From Candidatus Taenariivivens baikalensis (GTDB taxonomy: Bacteria; Omnitrophota; Omnitrophia; Omnitrophales; Aquincolibacteriaceae): 64,000 nt of DNA. A program made the translations under genes and the position numbers. Positions within the stretch are counted from its first letter, which is position 1. Every line of letters begins with the position of its first letter. Shown piece after piece: positions 24,722 through 34,438 of the stretch. The DNA is taken from positions 30,708 through 94,707 of the forward strand of contig SICL01000004.1 in NCBI GenBank assembly GCA_009691445.1. Direction: 5' to 3'. The notes under the pieces were generated by a model. It was not told where the DNA came from. It ran no database searches and saw nothing but the letters and a program-made list of their open reading frames with translations.

Positions 24722-25150
24722 TTACTTGATTTCAACCTTTGCGCCCTGCTCTTCAAGAAGCTTTTTTATTTTCTCGGCTTCTTCCTTTGTCACGCCGGCC
24801 TTCACGAGCTTCGGAGCACCATCCACAAGGTCTTTCGCTTCCTTCAAACCAAGGCTGGTCACGGTACGGATTTCTTTAATGACGTTGATTTTCTTGACAC
24901 CCACTTCGGTCAAATGAACATCAAAAGTGGTCTTCTCTTCAACCACAGCAACAACACCTGCACCACCACCAGCAGCCGGAGCAGCAACCGCCACAGAGGC
25001 AGCGCTAACACCAAACTTTTCCTCAAGAACCTTCACAAGATTTGCAAGCTCAATGACCGTGAGCTGCTCTATCGTTTCAAGAATGCCTTGCAGTTTATCA
25101 GACACAGCAACACCCTCTTTTTTCGTTTCAGTTTCTAGTTGAGTTGACAT
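24722..25150 (-). CDS. rplL: 50S ribosomal protein L7/L12
   Basis: An Ala-rich hinge and the C-terminal domain ending EQGAKVEIK are present. The preferred start MSTQ at 25150 is preceded by an AGGAGGG Shine-Dalgarno. Confidence 0.93.
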   Translation of the reverse strand: MSTQLETETKKEGVAVSDKLQGILETIEQLTVIELANLVKVLEEKFGVSAASVAVAAPAAGGGAGVVAVVEEKTTFDVHLTEVGVKKINVIKEIRTVTSLGLKEAKDLVDGAPKLVKAGVTKEEAEKIKKLLEEQGAKVEIK

Positions 25151-25184
25151 TTTGAATCCCTCCTGTGGATGCAATGATAACCAC

Positions 25185-25718
25185 TCAGGCAGTTTGACCT
25201 TGAGCTTCTTTCAGTTTTTTCACCTCATTCAAGGCCACAACAAAACCGCGCAGCACTTGATGCAAGGTAAGTACAATCCCCGTGATCGGAGACTTGATAC
25301 GCAGAACCACCTGCGTGAGGAGTTCCTTCCGGGAAGGAAGACTCGCAAGCTGTTTAACAAAATCCTGATCATGAATTTTCCGCTCAAAATAAACACCCGA
25401 AGAAATAAACCGATTGTTGGTTTTTGAAAATTCAAGCAATGCCTTCGACACTATCTGCGGATCATTCGAGCCAAAAGTCACAAACACAAACCCTTTGAAG
25501 AATTTATCAGCCGCATCCGCTTTACGAGCCTTCAACACCTTCTTGGCTAACGCATGCTTGATCACCATGGAACGCGTCCCTGTTTTTGACAGCTTGTTAC
25601 GAAGCTCCGAAATCGCAGCAACACTAAGCTTGTCAAAACTAGAGAAAAAAGCAAACGCGTTCTCTTCGAACTGATTTTCGATTTCGCGCATCATGACTTT
25701 ATTAACTACCGATGGCAT
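25185..25718 (-). CDS. rplJ: 50S ribosomal protein L10
   Basis: The L10 family ORF is 177 aa, in the canonical rplJL pair. Confidence 0.9.
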   Translation of the reverse strand: MPSVVNKVMMREIENQFEENAFAFFSSFDKLSVAAISELRNKLSKTGTRSMVIKHALAKKVLKARKADAADKFFKGFVFVTFGSNDPQIVSKALLEFSKTNNRFISSGVYFERKIHDQDFVKQLASLPSRKELLTQVVLRIKSPITGIVLTLHQVLRGFVVALNEVKKLKEAQGQTA

Positions 25719-25724
25719 GCAACC

Positions 25725-26420
25725 TCACAAACTACTTAAAGATAATTTAAAACCAGGACCTTGGGTCGAGGCAATCGTCGCATTACGGATGAACTCCCCC
25801 TTGGCCGTCGCGGGCTTGGAATCCTGAACCGCCTTCACAAGAACCTTAATATTTTCCACCAAGTTTTTTTCCGCAAAAGAGAGCTTACCGCAAATCGCGT
25901 GCAACCCACCGGTCTTGTCGCTCTTGAACTCCACACGTCCAGCCTTAAGCTCTTCAACGGCTTTAGCGACGTTCGGAGTAACCGTTCCAGTTTTTGGAGA
26001 AGGCATAAGCCCCTTAGGCCCAAGAACCCGACCCAGCTTACTGACCTCGCGCATCATATCGGGGTGAGCAACCACCGCATCAAAATCCATCCAACCCGCC
26101 AAAATCTTCTGAACCAGCTCCTCAGCCCCCACCGCATCAGCACCTGCTTTTTCAGCAACCTTCGCCAACTCACCCTTACAAAAACAAATAACCCGGACTT
26201 TTTGCCCTGTTCCATGAGGAAGCGAAACAGCACCGCGAATATTCTCCGTTCCAGATGCGGTTTTAATCCCGAGCTGAAAATTAATCGTTATCGTTTCATC
26301 GTATTTTTGGTTATCAATCGATTTGATCGCCTTAAGCGCCTCTTGAAGATCATAGCGACGCTCCCGGATAACCAACTGACTTCTTTTTTGATAACGCTTA
26401 CTTCTGACTAATGTCGGCAT
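25725..26420 (-). CDS. rplA: 50S ribosomal protein L1
   Basis: The L1 family ORF follows rplK. The ATG at 26420 is preferred. The ORF track uses a TTG at 26450 that overlaps rplK. Confidence 0.9.
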   Translation of the reverse strand: MPTLVRSKRYQKRSQLVIRERRYDLQEALKAIKSIDNQKYDETITINFQLGIKTASGTENIRGAVSLPHGTGQKVRVICFCKGELAKVAEKAGADAVGAEELVQKILAGWMDFDAVVAHPDMMREVSKLGRVLGPKGLMPSPKTGTVTPNVAKAVEELKAGRVEFKSDKTGGLHAICGKLSFAEKNLVENIKVLVKAVQDSKPATAKGEFIRNATIASTQGPGFKLSLSSL

Positions 26421-26433
26421 AACTTTTTCTCTC

Positions 26434-26859
26434 TTATTTAATGATTTCAAGCCCCATACTACGAGCCGTACCTTCTACAATTCTGACCGCGCTTTCAATT
26501 TTCGTAGTATTTAAATCCACCATCTTCGCGCGCGCAACCTCTAAAACCTGCTCCCTTGTTACCTTTCCAAGCATGACCCGCCCTGGCTCCGAAGACGCCT
26601 TCGCAAGCCCCGCAGCCATTTTCAAGGCAATTGCCACCGGGGGAGTTTTAATAATGAAGGTAAACGATTTATCTTTATAAACCGTAAGAAGCACCGGCAA
26701 AATTATACCGGGGCGATCTTTGCTCTGGTCATTAAACTTCTTACAGAAATCCATAATATTAACGCCGTGCTGCCCTAAAGCGGGACCAATTGGCGGTGCA
26801 GGATTTGCTTGCCCACCTGGAATCTGCAACTTAATTTTCGTTACAATCTCTTTCGCCAT
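26434..26859 (-). CDS. rplK: 50S ribosomal protein L11
   Basis: The L11 family ORF has [19 protein letters not shown]. Confidence 0.95.
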   Translation of the reverse strand: MAKEIVTKIKLQIPGGQANPAPPIGPALGQHGVNIMDFCKKFNDQSKDRPGIILPVLLTVYKDKSFTFIIKTPPVAIALKMAAGLAKASSEPGRVMLGKVTREQVLEVARAKMVDLNTTKIESAVRIVEGTARSMGLEIIK

Positions 26860-26860
26860 A

Positions 26861-27406
26861 CTAAATTCTCTCCACTTGCCAGTATTCTAATTCAACCGGG
26901 GTTGAGCGCCCAAAAATCGCCACCATCACTTTAAGCTTCCCACGATTCGGATTTACTTCATCGATAGTGCCATTAAAATTTGCAAAAGCCCCTTCTTTAA
27001 CCCGAACACTTTCCCCTTCCATAAATTCAACCTTAGGCTTGGGCTTAGAAGTCTTCTCTTCCTGCTGCTGAAGGATTTTATTCACTTCATCTTCCGAGAG
27101 TGGAATTGGATTTTTTCCCGAACCCACAAAACCAGTAATACCATTGGTGTTTTTAACGAGATACCAACTCTCGTCCGTAAGCTCCATCTGCACCAGAATG
27201 TATCCCGGAAAAAATTTGCGCTCACTAATGCGCTTCTTACCGTCTTTAACTTCACTCACTTTTTCAGTCGGGATCAGAACCTTTTGAATTTTATCGGCCA
27301 TACCGCATGTTATAGCCCGATTTTCAAGACTAGCCTTCGCCTTCGACTCAATACCCGTCTGTGTGTGAACTACATACCATTTTGCATCAGCCATAGAATT
27401 ACCCAA
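26861..27406 (-). CDS. nusG: transcription antitermination factor NusG
   Basis: NGN and KOW domains are present ([11 protein letters not shown]). It sits in the canonical secE-nusG-rplK context. Confidence 0.93.
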   Translation of the reverse strand: MGNSMADAKWYVVHTQTGIESKAKASLENRAITCGMADKIQKVLIPTEKVSEVKDGKKRISERKFFPGYILVQMELTDESWYLVKNTNGITGFVGSGKNPIPLSEDEVNKILQQQEEKTSKPKPKVEFMEGESVRVKEGAFANFNGTIDEVNPNRGKLKVMVAIFGRSTPVELEYWQVERI

Positions 27407-27584
27407 GGATTAGCCTAACCGCCCACGCCAAAAAAATATCTGCAAAACCAATCAAACAGCCCATCAAAAAAGTGGTCACGATCACAACGCCCGTCGCTTG
27501 AACAATTTCATTCCGACTCGGCCACGTGACCTTTTTTAGTTCCTGCCTAGTTTCTTCGATAAAGCCAGTAAATCTACCGAACAT
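27399..27584 (-). CDS. secE: preprotein translocase subunit SecE
   Basis: The 61-aa single-TM protein has ELKKVTWPSRNE, upstream of nusG. Confidence 0.85.
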   Translation of the reverse strand: MFGRFTGFIEETRQELKKVTWPSRNEIVQATGVVIVTTFLMGCLIGFADIFLAWAVRLILG

Positions 27585-27619
27585 ATTCTTCCGTCCGTTT
27601 TATTTTCGCAATCAAACTC

Positions 27620-27693
27620 AGGCCTGGCAGGATTCGAACCTGCAACAAGCGGTTTTGGAGACCGCCGCTCTAGCCAGTTGGAGCTACAGGCCT
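27620..27693 (-). tRNA. trnW: tRNA-Trp (anticodon CCA)
   Basis: The reverse complement reads AGGCCTGTAGCTCCAACTGG...CTCCAAAACCG...GGTTCGAATCCTGCCAGGCCT. The 7-bp acceptor stem, T-arm GTTCGAATC and CCA anticodon loop were hand-folded. It occupies the classic position between rpmG and secE. Confidence 0.85.
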
Positions 27694-27720
27694 CCGTGCC
27701 TTTAACGACGTCAATCCGTA

Positions 27721-27870
27721 CTATTTATGTTCCCGATGCAGAACATGCTTTCTGCAAAAAGGACAAAATTTCCGGCGCTCCAAGCGTTCCGTAGTTATTT
27801 TTTTATTCTTACGCGTCGAATAGTTTTTGCGCTTGCACTCGGTGCAAGCTAAGGAAATAATCTCTCGCAT
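27721..27870 (-). CDS. rpmG: 50S ribosomal protein L33
   Basis: Hand translation gives a 49-aa [52 protein letters not shown]. It has the L33 Zn-ribbon CxxC...CxxC pattern and lies between tuf and tRNA-Trp. It is not in the ORF track because it is under 60 aa. Confidence 0.88.
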   Translation of the reverse strand: MREIISLACTECKRKNYSTRKNKKITTERLERRKFCPFCRKHVLHREHK

Positions 27871-27995
27871 CGATCACTCTACTTTTGTGTATTTTTTAAT
27901 CACAGAAATTCTTACGGCGAAAATAAATTCTCTGCGATTAGAAATGTTCGCCAATTAAATGGAATTTAAAATCAGAGCGAGGAAAGAAAAACGAT

Positions 27996-29195
27996 TTACT
28001 CGATGATTTGACTCACCACGCCAGCACCAACCGTCTTACCGCCTTCACGAATAGCAAACCGAAGCTCTTTCTCCATAGCCACCGGCATAATGAGCTCAGC
28101 CTCGATCGCTACGTTATCACCAGGCATAACCATCTCAGTACCCGCCGGTAACTTAACCACACCAGTCACGTCAGTGGTCCTGAAATAAAATTGAGGACGA
28201 TAACCATTGAAGAAAGACGTGTGCCGTCCACCCTCTTCTTTACTCAGCACATAAATTTGCGCTTTGAATTTTTTGTGGGGCTTAACAGATCCAGGCGCAG
28301 CCAAAACCATCCCTCTTTCAATCTGGTCTTTTTCGACTCCACGCAGGAGAAGACCGACATTTTCTCCAGCATGCGCATCATCCAATATCTTACGAAACAT
28401 TTCAATTCCCGTAACAATCGTTTTACTCGTGGCTTCTTTAAGACCCACGATTTCGAGCTCCGCACCCACCTTCACCTGGCCTCTCTCAATACGCCCTGTT
28501 CCCACAGTTCCACGACCAGAGATAGAAAACACATCCTCAATCGGCATCAGGAACGGCTTATCAATATCGCGTTTAGGCTCAGGAATACTGTTATCCAAAG
28601 CATCCATCAACTCTTCAATGCATTTAATCGATGCTGGGTCCGTGGGATTCATAGCCGCTTTGAGGCCGGATCCGCGAACTACCGGAATAGTATCTCCGGG
28701 GAATTCATATTTCTTAAGGAGCTCACGAACCTCAAGCTCAACAAGATCAAGCAATTCAGGATCCTCAACTGCATCACACTTATTAAGAAAAACCACAACG
28801 GCGGGAACACCAACTTGGCGGGCGAGAAGAATATGTTCACGAGTCTGAGGCATAGGTCCATCAATGGCAGACACAACCAAAATCGCGCCATCCATCTGCG
28901 CAGCACCGGTGATCATATTTTTAACATAATCGGCGTGGCCCGGGCAATCAACATGAGCATAATGACGCTTAGTAGTATTGTATTCCACGTGGGATACGGC
29001 AATGGTTACAATTTTAGATTCATCACGAACCGTTCCACCCTTAGCAATATCCGAATATTCACGAACATCAGCAAGTCCCTTGGCCGCTAAAACTTTAGTG
29101 ATGGCGCATGTCAGCGTGGTTTTACCGTGGTCTACATGACCAATCGTGCCAACATTCACGTGGGGTCTTGTTCTCTCGAATTTTTCCTTCGCCAT
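27996..29195 (-). CDS. tuf: elongation factor Tu
   Basis: The 399-aa ORF has [17 protein letters not shown] and NKCD motifs. Confidence 0.98.
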   Translation of the reverse strand: MAKEKFERTRPHVNVGTIGHVDHGKTTLTCAITKVLAAKGLADVREYSDIAKGGTVRDESKIVTIAVSHVEYNTTKRHYAHVDCPGHADYVKNMITGAAQMDGAILVVSAIDGPMPQTREHILLARQVGVPAVVVFLNKCDAVEDPELLDLVELEVRELLKKYEFPGDTIPVVRGSGLKAAMNPTDPASIKCIEELMDALDNSIPEPKRDIDKPFLMPIEDVFSISGRGTVGTGRIERGQVKVGAELEIVGLKEATSKTIVTGIEMFRKILDDAHAGENVGLLLRGVEKDQIERGMVLAAPGSVKPHKKFKAQIYVLSKEEGGRHTSFFNGYRPQFYFRTTDVTGVVKLPAGTEMVMPGDNVAIEAELIMPVAMEKELRFAIREGGKTVGAGVVSQIIE

Positions 29196-29273
29196 AACTT
29201 CCTCCTCGACGTTTTAGTCCAGTGATCTTCAACTCATATTAATAGGAAAGCAAAACAATGTCTAAAATTTATC

Positions 29274-29346
29274 AGCTGGAGATGGGGGTTGAACCCATGA
29301 CCTCGTCCTTACCAAGGACGTGCTCTACCAACTGAGCTACTCCAGC
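29274..29346 (-). tRNA. trnT: tRNA-Thr (anticodon GGT)
   Basis: The reverse complement reads GCTGGAGTAGCTCAGTTGGTAGAGCACGTCCTTGGTAAGGACGAGGTCATGGGTTCAACCCCCATCTCCAGCT. The acceptor, D, anticodon and T arms were hand-folded. Confidence 0.85.
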
Positions 29347-29403
29347 ATGGCTCAGCCACTGAAACCCATGCAGAGACAGTCCCCGCCTTCATGTAAGGTG
29401 TGC

Positions 29404-29431
29404 ATTATAAGAATGTTCCGATGTGTGTCAA
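29404..29431 (-). promoter_or_regulatory. consensus sigma70-type promoter TTGACA-N16-TATAAT upstream of tRNA-Thr and tuf
   Basis: The minus strand reads cTTGACAcacatcggaacattctTATAATg. Both hexamers match consensus 6/6. It lies about 55 nt upstream of the tRNA-Thr 5' end. Confidence 0.65.
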
Positions 29432-29633
29432 GGGGTTTTTTAGACTTTCAAAGCCTTTTTTGCTTGTTTCGTTCCCGATTTTTAATCGCTTAAGAAAATA
29501 ATATCGCGAAACCAAAACTCAACTTCAGAACATAAGACGACTAAGATTCGCTTGCTTTATTAACGAAATTCCTCTAGCATAGATCTTCGAATTTATTTAA
29601 ACTGGCCTACAGTCATTCCAAAAGGTAGATATT

Positions 29634-30590
29634 ATGAAAGAGGAGAATCCTTTGCCCCAAAACACCTTGTCCGACCCCGCTGAATCAATAGAAGGCTCCG
29701 CTTCAGCCCCCATATCCGACGTTACTCGTGCAGATAAAAGCACTCATCCCACGAGAAAACCCACTGCTTTTGACTGGCCCGTTGCGCTTTTCATGGTAGG
29801 TGTCCACCTAGTTGCTCTCTTGGGCTTTTTTACTTTTTCCTGGAAAGCACTTGGCGTATGTTTGCTGCTTCACTGGATCACGGGCGGACTAGGAATCACT
29901 CTTTGTTATCACCGGCTTTTGACGCACCGAAGCTTTCAAACTCCGAAGTGGATGGAATATTTTTTGTCGATACTCGGCTCTTTAGCCTGCCAAGGCGGTC
30001 CCTTAACTTGGGTTGCGGTTCACCGGATGCATCACGCTCAGTCAGATCAACCCTTAGATCCACACAGCCCACGTCATGGTTTTTTCTGGGCCCATATGGG
30101 TTGGTGCCTTCACGCCGTCACGGGAGTCGCCACCTCTGAAGAAAAAACGAAGCTAGCTCCAGATCTCGCCAAAGACCCTGTCCACGCATGGCTCGATAAA
30201 GTGCAGCTTATTTGGTCTGCTCCTTTAGCTTGGGGACTTTACGCTTTAGGCGGATGGCCTTTTGTTATTTGGGGCATTTTCGTAAGACTCGTCACGGTTT
30301 ATCACACGACATGGGCTGTCAATTCGGCGGCTCACGTATGGGGCTATAAAAATTATAAAAGCGACGACGATTCAACGAATCTCTGGTGGGTCGCGCTCGC
30401 AACTTTCGGTGAAGGATGGCACAACAACCATCACGCGTTTCAATTCTCCGCCAGACATGGCCTCAAGTGGTGGGAGCTTGACGCTACTTATTTAACCATT
30501 CAGCTTCTTGAAAAACTAGGGATTGCTACCGCCATAAAACTCCCCTCTCAACATCTCTTGAATACTAAACTCCCCTCTCATTCGCGTTAA
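29634..30590 (+). CDS. membrane fatty-acid desaturase, delta-9 acyl-lipid/acyl-CoA desaturase family
   Basis: The 318-aa ORF has three His boxes (HRLLTHRSF, HRMHHAQSD, HNNHHAF) and hydrophobic segments. The spacing matches the stearoyl-CoA desaturase/DesC-like family. Confidence 0.85.
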   Translation: MKEENPLPQNTLSDPAESIEGSASAPISDVTRADKSTHPTRKPTAFDWPVALFMVGVHLVALLGFFTFSWKALGVCLLLHWITGGLGITLCYHRLLTHRSFQTPKWMEYFLSILGSLACQGGPLTWVAVHRMHHAQSDQPLDPHSPRHGFFWAHMGWCLHAVTGVATSEEKTKLAPDLAKDPVHAWLDKVQLIWSAPLAWGLYALGGWPFVIWGIFVRLVTVYHTTWAVNSAAHVWGYKNYKSDDDSTNLWWVALATFGEGWHNNHHAFQFSARHGLKWWELDATYLTIQLLEKLGIATAIKLPSQHLLNTKLPSHSR

Positions 30591-30809
30591 AGGATGATCA
30601 AATATTATTTTTAGCTCCCGTTGATCCGCTTGTGATTTCAGCCGCACCTTTCGCCTTTTCGCCTCGGGTGGAGAAAATCCTTCTACCATCCGAGACTTAA
30701 AAGGTTTGTGGAATTAAATCGTTAAAACTTTCTCTCTATTTCATGATTTTTTGAAGATAAGAATAATATGAAGCGCACTCCTCATAAGCACAATAGCCTT
30801 TGAGATCGC

Positions 30810-30883
30810 TGGAGCGGGTGGAGGGAATCGAACCCTCATAGCAAGCTTGGAAGGCTAGCACTTTACCATTAAGCTACACCCGC
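30810..30883 (-). tRNA. trnG: tRNA-Gly (anticodon TCC), 3' CCA encoded
   Basis: The reverse complement reads GCGGGTGTAGCTTAATGGTAAAGTGCTAGCCTTCCAAGCTTGCTATGAGGGTTCGATTCCCTCCACCCGCTCCA, hand-folded. Confidence 0.85.
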
Positions 30884-30902
30884 ATTAAGGAAAGGAAACG
30901 CC

Positions 30903-30931
30903 ATTATAGGAATCCGACCCCCGCCTGTCAA
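30903..30931 (-). promoter_or_regulatory. consensus sigma70-type promoter TTGACA-N17-TATAAT upstream of tRNA-Gly
   Basis: The minus strand reads aTTGACAggcgggggtcggattccTATAATggcg and is followed by the tRNA 5' end about 20 nt downstream. Confidence 0.65.
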
Positions 30932-31181
30932 TTTCATAAAAGAGCTTTCCGTGGTCAGCAATCGCCTTGCCGTAAAAAATAATTAGCCACGTGGTTTTTT
31001 TTCTGAAAGCTGGTTGCTGACAGCAGAAAGCTCTTGCTGTAGAATTACGAAAAATCAGGGGCGATTCTCCGGCGCATTCATCGCCTTGTCAAATATTGAA
31101 AATATTCAATCCGAATTAACGAGAATGAAATCGTTTATGACCTACCGGCAGGCCGGGAACCGTCCCTAAAATGGAGAGCTT

Positions 31182-31820
31182 ATGCCCACGCTAATTTTGA
31201 TTCGTCACGGAGAGTCTCAATGGAATTTGGAAAATCGGTTTACCGGCTGGGTGGATGTTGAACTCAGTGAAAAAGGAAGAAAAGAAGCTGACTCGGCGGG
31301 GATAAAACTCAAGGATTACAAGATCGACAAGGCCTACACTTCCGTCCTTAAACGCGCTATAAATACACTTGATCTCGCTATGAAATCAGCCGGAAAAACC
31401 GCCGTCCCCATCATCCGTGACGGCGCCTTAAACGAACGGCACTACGGAGCGCTTCAAGGACTCAACAAAGCAGAAACTGCCAAAAAATACAGCGATGAGC
31501 AAGTGCACATTTGGCGTCGAAGCTATGACATCCCTCCCCCAAAAGATAAAACCGAATTTAACCCGGAGGGCATCAGTGAAAGTTTAAAAGACACGGCCGC
31601 CCGCACGCTCCCCTACTTTCGAAGCCACGTGATGATGGATCTACGAGAAGGAAAGAATGTGATCATTGCCGCGCACGGCAACAGCCTTCGTTCGATTGTG
31701 ATGGAGCTGGATAAAATGACCAAGGAACAAGTTTTGAATCTGAATATTCCGACCGCATTGCCCATTATTTATGAGTTTGATAAAAATTTGAACATCCTTT
31801 CGAAAAAATCGCTGCTGTAG
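31182..31820 (+). CDS. gpmA: 2,3-bisphosphoglycerate-dependent phosphoglycerate mutase
   Basis: The N-terminal LIRHGESQWN catalytic His motif is present, in a histidine phosphatase superfamily protein of dPGM length. Confidence 0.85.
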   Translation: MPTLILIRHGESQWNLENRFTGWVDVELSEKGRKEADSAGIKLKDYKIDKAYTSVLKRAINTLDLAMKSAGKTAVPIIRDGALNERHYGALQGLNKAETAKKYSDEQVHIWRRSYDIPPPKDKTEFNPEGISESLKDTAARTLPYFRSHVMMDLREGKNVIIAAHGNSLRSIVMELDKMTKEQVLNLNIPTALPIIYEFDKNLNILSKKSLL

Positions 31821-31843
31821 TCTCATTTTTGTCAAATTGTCTG

Positions 31844-31871
31844 TTGACATTTTTCAGTGATTCGGGATAAT
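31844..31871 (+). promoter_or_regulatory. putative atp operon promoter TTGACA-N16-GATAAT, overlapped by the palindrome TGTCAAattgtctgTTGACA
   Basis: Hexamers were read from the sequence about 75 nt upstream of the first atp-cluster ORF. An inverted repeat overlaps the -35 element. Confidence 0.5.
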
Positions 31872-31944
31872 AGTCGCCTCAAGTTTTATCGTAACTAATT
31901 GATGTGATTACAGTTGAGATTTAATTCTCGCCACAGGCACATCA

Positions 31945-32190
31945 TTGACCAGCCAAGAAGGTAATTCCTACCGTTTATTGTGGATGCTTGGAGCTGTCAT
32001 GACACTCCCTGTCATTTTAATAAGCGGTCCCTTTGCCGGATATTTGCTGGGTCATTTTATTTTCTATAAATATTTTGGGATGCCCAAGTGGGGCGTATCC
32101 GCTTTGATCGCATGCGGATTTCTTGCCTCGGGCTTACAAGTGTTTCGATTAATCAAACGCATTAAAGATTCGGATTCGAAAAAGAATTAA
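31945..32190 (+). CDS. small 2-TM membrane protein, AtpZ/AtpI-like (ATPase_gene1 family), preceding atpB
   Basis: The 81-aa ORF has two predicted TM helices and a basic C-terminus. It is positioned immediately upstream of atpB (1-nt gap). The family assignment rests on position and topology only. Confidence 0.5.
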   Translation: MTSQEGNSYRLLWMLGAVMTLPVILISGPFAGYLLGHFIFYKYFGMPKWGVSALIACGFLASGLQVFRLIKRIKDSDSKKN

Positions 32191-32191
32191 T

Positions 32192-33013
32192 ATGCCTCAC
32201 GAAGAAGCCGCCGTAGAACACGTCAAGCATCAAGCGCACGAACTTCCCAATCTCATTACGCTTCTTCATGAAAATTTCGAGCACGCCCCCGTTGTTCAGT
32301 TTCTACATCAGTGGGAAAATATTCTTTTCTCTCTCGTCGCCATTTCTCTTCTCGGAATGCTTGCCTTGGGCGGCGCCAAAGCCAACCGTCTGATTCCCGA
32401 AGGCGTTCAAAATTTATTTGAAGCGATCGTGGAAGGAATCACGGGATTCGTCACTGGAATTTTGGGAGAGCAAGGAGAAAAACATGTCCCGTTTTTAGGG
32501 ACGCTCTTTCTTTATATTCTTTTCATGAACTGGATTGGCCTGGTCCCGCTCATGAAGTCCCCCACCTCGGCCTGGAGTACGACGATTGCCGTGGGTCTCA
32601 TTACCATGTTTTATGTTCAAATCACCGGCATCCGCGAACAAGGATTCTTCAATTATCTGAAACATGTCGCGGGCAATCCCTCCAATGGTTTTGGCATTGT
32701 CCTAATTCCTCTGATGCTGGTTTTAAATATTATTCTGGAATTTGGCGCCGTCCCATTTAGTTTGTCGCTTCGTCTTTTTGCCAATGTGTCCAGCGAAGAC
32801 CGTTTACTTTTTAACTTCGCAAGCTTGGATGTGGCGCGGCCGTTTTTACCTTTGTTCTTTCAATTATTTGCGAATGTTCTCGCGATTATTTTTAGTATGG
32901 TGCAAGCGTTTGTGTTTATGCTGCTTTCCACCGTTTACTTGTCGCTTGTGATGCCGCACGGAGATCACAAGCATGAGGATCACGGAGAAGCGGCCGGACA
33001 CCCGGCTCACTAG
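32192..33013 (+). CDS. atpB: ATP synthase Fo subunit a
   Basis: The conserved Arg-containing helix LSLRLFANV and other subunit-a TM segments are present. The C-terminal tail HGDHKHEDHGEAAGHPAH is unusual. Confidence 0.92.
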   Translation: MPHEEAAVEHVKHQAHELPNLITLLHENFEHAPVVQFLHQWENILFSLVAISLLGMLALGGAKANRLIPEGVQNLFEAIVEGITGFVTGILGEQGEKHVPFLGTLFLYILFMNWIGLVPLMKSPTSAWSTTIAVGLITMFYVQITGIREQGFFNYLKHVAGNPSNGFGIVLIPLMLVLNIILEFGAVPFSLSLRLFANVSSEDRLLFNFASLDVARPFLPLFFQLFANVLAIIFSMVQAFVFMLLSTVYLSLVMPHGDHKHEDHGEAAGHPAH

Positions 33014-33059
33014 GTTTTTCATTTAGTCATCAACAGCAAAAATCAAAAAGGAGAAGTTC

Positions 33060-33290
33060 ATGGATCCTAAAAGTTTTATCGCAATCGGTGCCCCGCTCGT
33101 TCTCGCATTAACTGCCATGGGATCGGCCGCGGCCTTGGGAAAATCTGTCGCAGCAGCGATGGATGCTACCGCTCGTCAACCGGAAGCCTCCACCAAGATT
33201 CTTGTGAACATGATGGCCGGCTGCGCTTTGATTGAAGCTCTCACGCTTTACGCCCTTGTGTTTGGTTTTTCGCTTTTGGGAAAACTGTAG
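33060..33290 (+). CDS. atpE: ATP synthase Fo subunit c
   Basis: The 76-aa hairpin proteolipid has GAPLVLALTAMGSAAALG and the conserved carboxylate in LIEALTLYALV. Confidence 0.95.
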   Translation: MDPKSFIAIGAPLVLALTAMGSAAALGKSVAAAMDATARQPEASTKILVNMMAGCALIEALTLYALVFGFSLLGKL

Positions 33291-33311
33291 TCCGGAAACG
33301 GTTGAACGTTT

Positions 33312-33809
33312 ATGGATTTTTTTAAGCAGAACATCGTACCGGGAGAAGTCCTCATTCAGCTCGTTGCTTTTTTGGTTGTGTTCTTCACACTCAAAAAGCT
33401 CGCCTGGAAACCTGTGCTTACCGCCCTTGAAGACCGGCGCAAACGGATTCAAGACGAGTTCGCGCACCTTGAAAAAACCAGGCAGGAGCTTGAAGCCTTG
33501 AGGGCAGATTACGCTTCCAAACTTCAGAAGATTGAAGATGAGGCGCGCCTCAAGATTCAGCAGACGATTGAAGAAGGCCGCAGGATCGCCAAAGACATCC
33601 AGGACAGGGCCCGCTCCGAAGCTCAGGAAACTTTCGAGAAATCCAAAGAACATCTGAGCGTGGAAGTGGCCAAGGCACGCGTGACCCTGAAACAGGAAAT
33701 CGCGGCGCTGGCTCTTCAAGTGGCGGAAAAAGTCATCGGCGAAAAAATGACCGAGGAACTGCATCAGCACAAGGCGATTCAGATTATTGAGGAGCTTGAG
33801 AAACTATGA
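33312..33809 (+). CDS. atpF: ATP synthase Fo subunit b
   Basis: An N-terminal TM helix is followed by a long charged coiled coil (165 aa). Confidence 0.9.
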   Translation: MDFFKQNIVPGEVLIQLVAFLVVFFTLKKLAWKPVLTALEDRRKRIQDEFAHLEKTRQELEALRADYASKLQKIEDEARLKIQQTIEEGRRIAKDIQDRARSEAQETFEKSKEHLSVEVAKARVTLKQEIAALALQVAEKVIGEKMTEELHQHKAIQIIEELEKL

Positions 33810-34342
33810 TCGATCACCGGGTCAGCCGCAGATATGCGGGCGCTTTGATCGGCCTCGTAACTCAGGCAGATGATCTCGAGCGCGTGGATCAGGATTTCAC
33901 CAAAGTCCGGCAAATGATCGGTCAGTATCCGGAGATCACGCATCTGGCTTTGAATTCCACGATTTCCCGGGCAGAGAAAGAGGATTTTATCGAAAAAATC
34001 TTCGGTCCGGAAGTGAGCGGGATCATGATCCATTTTCTCAAGGTGTTGATTGAGAAACACCGCTTTGCCCAGTTGATCGGCATTCAGGAAGAGTTTCACC
34101 GTCTTTATGAAAAGAAAAAAGGCATTCAGCAAGTGGATGTCATTACCGCTGCTGCGCTGAATCCTAAGACCGAAGAGCGCTTGATCCAGGCGCTTCAGAA
34201 AAAATTCCGGACAGAAATCCGGCTTCAAACGCATGTGAACCCCGCGATTCTGGGAGGAATGATCCTTCGTTTCGGCGGGAATGAAATTGATGCAAGCTTT
34301 AAGGACCGACTTTTAAAAATGCGGCGGCTTTTGCTGGCTTAA
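33806..34342 (+). CDS. atpH: ATP synthase F1 subunit delta (OSCP)
   Basis: The 178-aa ORF overlaps the atpF stop. It has delta/OSCP family features and the canonical position before atpA. Confidence 0.88.
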   Translation: MIDHRVSRRYAGALIGLVTQADDLERVDQDFTKVRQMIGQYPEITHLALNSTISRAEKEDFIEKIFGPEVSGIMIHFLKVLIEKHRFAQLIGIQEEFHRLYEKKKGIQQVDVITAAALNPKTEERLIQALQKKFRTEIRLQTHVNPAILGGMILRFGGNEIDASFKDRLLKMRRLLLA

Positions 34343-34355
34343 TATTATGAATAAT

Positions 34356-34425
34356 GTCATTGCGAGCGAAGCGAAGCAATTTCAGCGCTAAGATTGCCGC
34401 GCTCGCTCCGCTCCCTCGCAATGAC
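34356..34425. repeat. Family-A 70-bp nested palindromic element (GTCATTGCGAG ... CTCGCAATGAC) inside the atp operon between atpH and atpA
   Basis: 11-bp perfect terminal inverted repeats are read directly from the sequence. A near-identical copy in opposite orientation lies at 54761-54830. Confidence 0.85.
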
Positions 34426-34438
34426 AAATTAGGAGAAC

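Noticed and set aside
28191-29090. A 299-aa plus-strand ORF and a second 194-aa ORF (28264-28848) overlapping tuf
   Set aside because: They are antisense to a near-universally conserved EF-Tu reading frame and have low-complexity Ser/Arg/Asn-rich composition. They are typical shadow ORFs of a highly expressed gene.
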